IMG/VR virus record: IMGVR_UViG_3300009100_000013
Location: 1-54,889 of that record
DNA length: 54,889 nucleotides
Origin: a virus
Taxonomy: Duplodnaviria; Caudoviricetes
Strand: one strand, 5' to 3'
Shown piece by piece: positions 53,172 through 54,889 of this stretch. The notes under the pieces were generated by a model. The model was given only the letters and a program-made list of their open reading frames with translations, made no database searches and was not told the origin of the DNA. Numbering within the stretch: the first letter of the stretch is position 1; the number at the start of each line of letters is the position of its first letter. A program made the position numbers and the translations under genes.

Positions 53172-54026
53172 TTAGCGCCATGGCAATTGTGAGCCGCTGG
53201 AAGGAACATAAGCCTCCCTTGGATTATCCTTCCGATCTGTATTTTCACTATCTCTAAAATAGCGCTCTCTTACACAACGCAAATATTGAGGTAATCTAAC
53301 TACCTGTGTATTATCCGTTTCTTGATTTAAAACTCTAGAGAGTCGCACCTCGTGCTCTGTAGTCGCAATATAAAAATAAGGCCGATATAAATATCTAATA
53401 GAATAAACCCCGCCTTCCTCCAAGGTTGGATTAAATTGCGGTCTATTCTGGGATATCCATTGTAAATTACCGTCAGAAGTCAATTTAAAGTCCTGACCTT
53501 CCTTATAGGAAGGATTTCCACTTTTGTCAATTATATGAGTTATTTTACATGCTGGAAATCGCAATCTATCAACACCCGTGGTAGAACTTTCTATTTGTTC
53601 AAATGTAGGTACCAACAATTTATTAAATTGTTCATCAGCTATATATAATTTATCATACGGGCTAAAATAAATGGTTTTACCATCTTCATAAGAACGCGGA
53701 ACAATAATATAGCATGTGGCAGAATCAATGATACCTTCAGAGCGGAAATAATTGCTTTTTGGAGCTCCTGTCATAATTCCAAGAAATTTGCCCGCACACG
53801 TATAATAAAAACCATTTTCACAATCATGGTCCACATGATTTGACCGTACATTATTAATATTTTTATCTGATTGAGGACAAGGTAAGGCTATAAAATGTTC
53901 AAAAAGAACACCGTGCTCGTGAACCAAACTATCGAACAATTCAGGAACAAAGAAAACGTTATTCCCGTCCGTATGTTTGACAGATGAGTCAGCGAAGTTG
54001 TCTATGACTGTAATTAAATTAGCCAT
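53172..54026 (-). CDS. putative neck/head-completion protein
   Basis: FDSLVHEHGV...ALPCP...CENGFYY, YKEGQDF, YSIRY..RP.F...HEVR. Confidence 0.55.
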   Translation of the reverse strand: MANLITVIDNFADSSVKHTDGNNVFFVPELFDSLVHEHGVLFEHFIALPCPQSDKNINNVRSNHVDHDCENGFYYTCAGKFLGIMTGAPKSNYFRSEGIIDSATCYIIVPRSYEDGKTIYFSPYDKLYIADEQFNKLLVPTFEQIESSTTGVDRLRFPACKITHIIDKSGNPSYKEGQDFKLTSDGNLQWISQNRPQFNPTLEEGGVYSIRYLYRPYFYIATTEHEVRLSRVLNQETDNTQVVRLPQYLRCVRERYFRDSENTDRKDNPREAYVPSSGSQLPWR

Positions 54027-54245
54027 TTAAATCCATTCTATTTTAGCTTTACTATTTTTCTCAGCTTGATATTTTGCAATTGCCGGATGGCTCCCGAATG
54101 CTAATATTTCCGGTTCACCATTTTTCATCATGGCAATTACGTTTAATCCACCAAATGTTTTTAAAAGAGAAACGGTGTGACCTTCGCATTTACCAACGAT
54201 TTTAATATCTGCAATGTGTTTCTTTTCTAATTTTAAATCACTCAT
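54027..54245 (-). CDS. hypothetical protein
   Basis: 72 aa, KTFGGL...GSHPAIAKYQAEK. ATGA-coupled to the kinase. Confidence 0.6.
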   Translation of the reverse strand: MSDLKLEKKHIADIKIVGKCEGHTVSLLKTFGGLNVIAMMKNGEPEILAFGSHPAIAKYQAEKNSKAKIEWI

Positions 54246-54889
54246 GCACTTCTCCAGAGATAGTTGATTTTCTCATCTAATCTGATACCTGGAAAATTTT
54301 TGATTTCATCATAACGCTTTTGCAAGAATTCTGATTTAAAAGATAATTTATTGAACCAATCTTCTAATTCGACTATATTCTTACAAAGTGGTAAATCAGC
54401 CCCATCTTTCCAATCTGATTTTCTTAAATAAGCTGGAATATGGTAATTTTTATCAGAAAACGCTTGGTCATGGTCTATTAAAACTATTTGGCTACCGTTA
54501 GTTAGAACATTGCCTCGGTGTCTGTCTTTATTTCCTATAATATAATCAAAGATGGCCAATTTATGTGCTTCGCCTGAATCTATATATTTTTGTAAGATAC
54601 CATCCATTGAACCTTGTTTTTCATATTCAAGGTCCTGGATGGCGATAAAATCTTCCTTTAGCATGTTATTAACGCTAAAATAGGTTGATTTTTCGTCTTT
54701 AACTAATTCAAATGCAGCGGTGTTTAGGAAGAAGCTTTCTAAGCCCATTTTTTTGGCTAAATTATAGGCTATGATTTCTTTTTTCCAATTATCATTAGAT
54801 TTAATGAAATAACTATCTGTAGCAGTGCTTAGAAGATAAGTTAAGGAATTATGACCTGGTGCGTCAATAGCTTTGGTCAAGCCGGTTTC
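54242..54889 (-). CDS. HipA/PI3-PI4-kinase-like protein kinase domain (5' end outside window)
   Basis: Frame is open to the window edge. YFIK (Lys), KEIIAYNLA (Glu), FDYIIGNKDRHRGNVL (catalytic loop), LIDHDQAF. Confidence 0.85.
   Translation of the reverse strand, partial: ETGLTKAIDAPGHNSLTYLLSTATDSYFIKSNDNWKKEIIAYNLAKKMGLESFFLNTAAFELVKDEKSTYFSVNNMLKEDFIAIQDLEYEKQGSMDGILQKYIDSGEAHKLAIFDYIIGNKDRHRGNVLTNGSQIVLIDHDQAFSDKNYHIPAYLRKSDWKDGADLPLCKNIVELEDWFNKLSFKSEFLQKRYDEIKNFPGIRLDEKINYLWRSA

Noticed and set aside
1-54889. Alternative genetic code (stop codon reassignment) as in some large phages
   Set aside because: The standard code gives dense, uninterrupted ORFs up to 1751 aa, and TGA acts as a stop in ATGA overlaps.

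Overview
AT-rich segment of a large, probably jumbo-type, contractile-tailed (myovirus) phage genome read in the standard genetic code. I saw no rRNA, tRNA or CRISPR array. Positions 1-7631 (+) are a tightly coupled operon: an FkbM methyltransferase, three small 'MKFKxGD' paralogs, about four glycosyltransferase-like genes, a HAD phosphatase, a nucleotidyltransferase and a coiled-coil protein. It converges on a ~47 kb minus-strand virion module. In transcription order that module holds a HipA/PI3K-like kinase, neck and head-associated genes, a tail-completion gene, an enlarged sheath (945 aa), the tube, beta-helix and glycoside hydrolase proteins, a trypsin-like protease with two holin-like genes, tail chaperones, an HNH endonuclease, the tape measure, hub, spike, a LysM/gp25 fusion, a very large baseplate J (1751 aa), a second tube paralog, a 943-aa adaptor and three paralogous six-bladed Kelch-like proteins. 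An EcoRI-like restriction-modification pair is inserted on the opposite strand among the neck genes. Non-coding signals read directly from the sequence include a recurring -10-only late-promoter candidate (CHTAAHCT, 11 copies, three exactly 6 nt before a start codon). There is also a perfect 14-nt complement between the leader of the baseplate J gene and the Shine-Dalgarno region of the 943-aa gene 7.6 kb away. Product calls come from motif recognition and synteny, without database searches.
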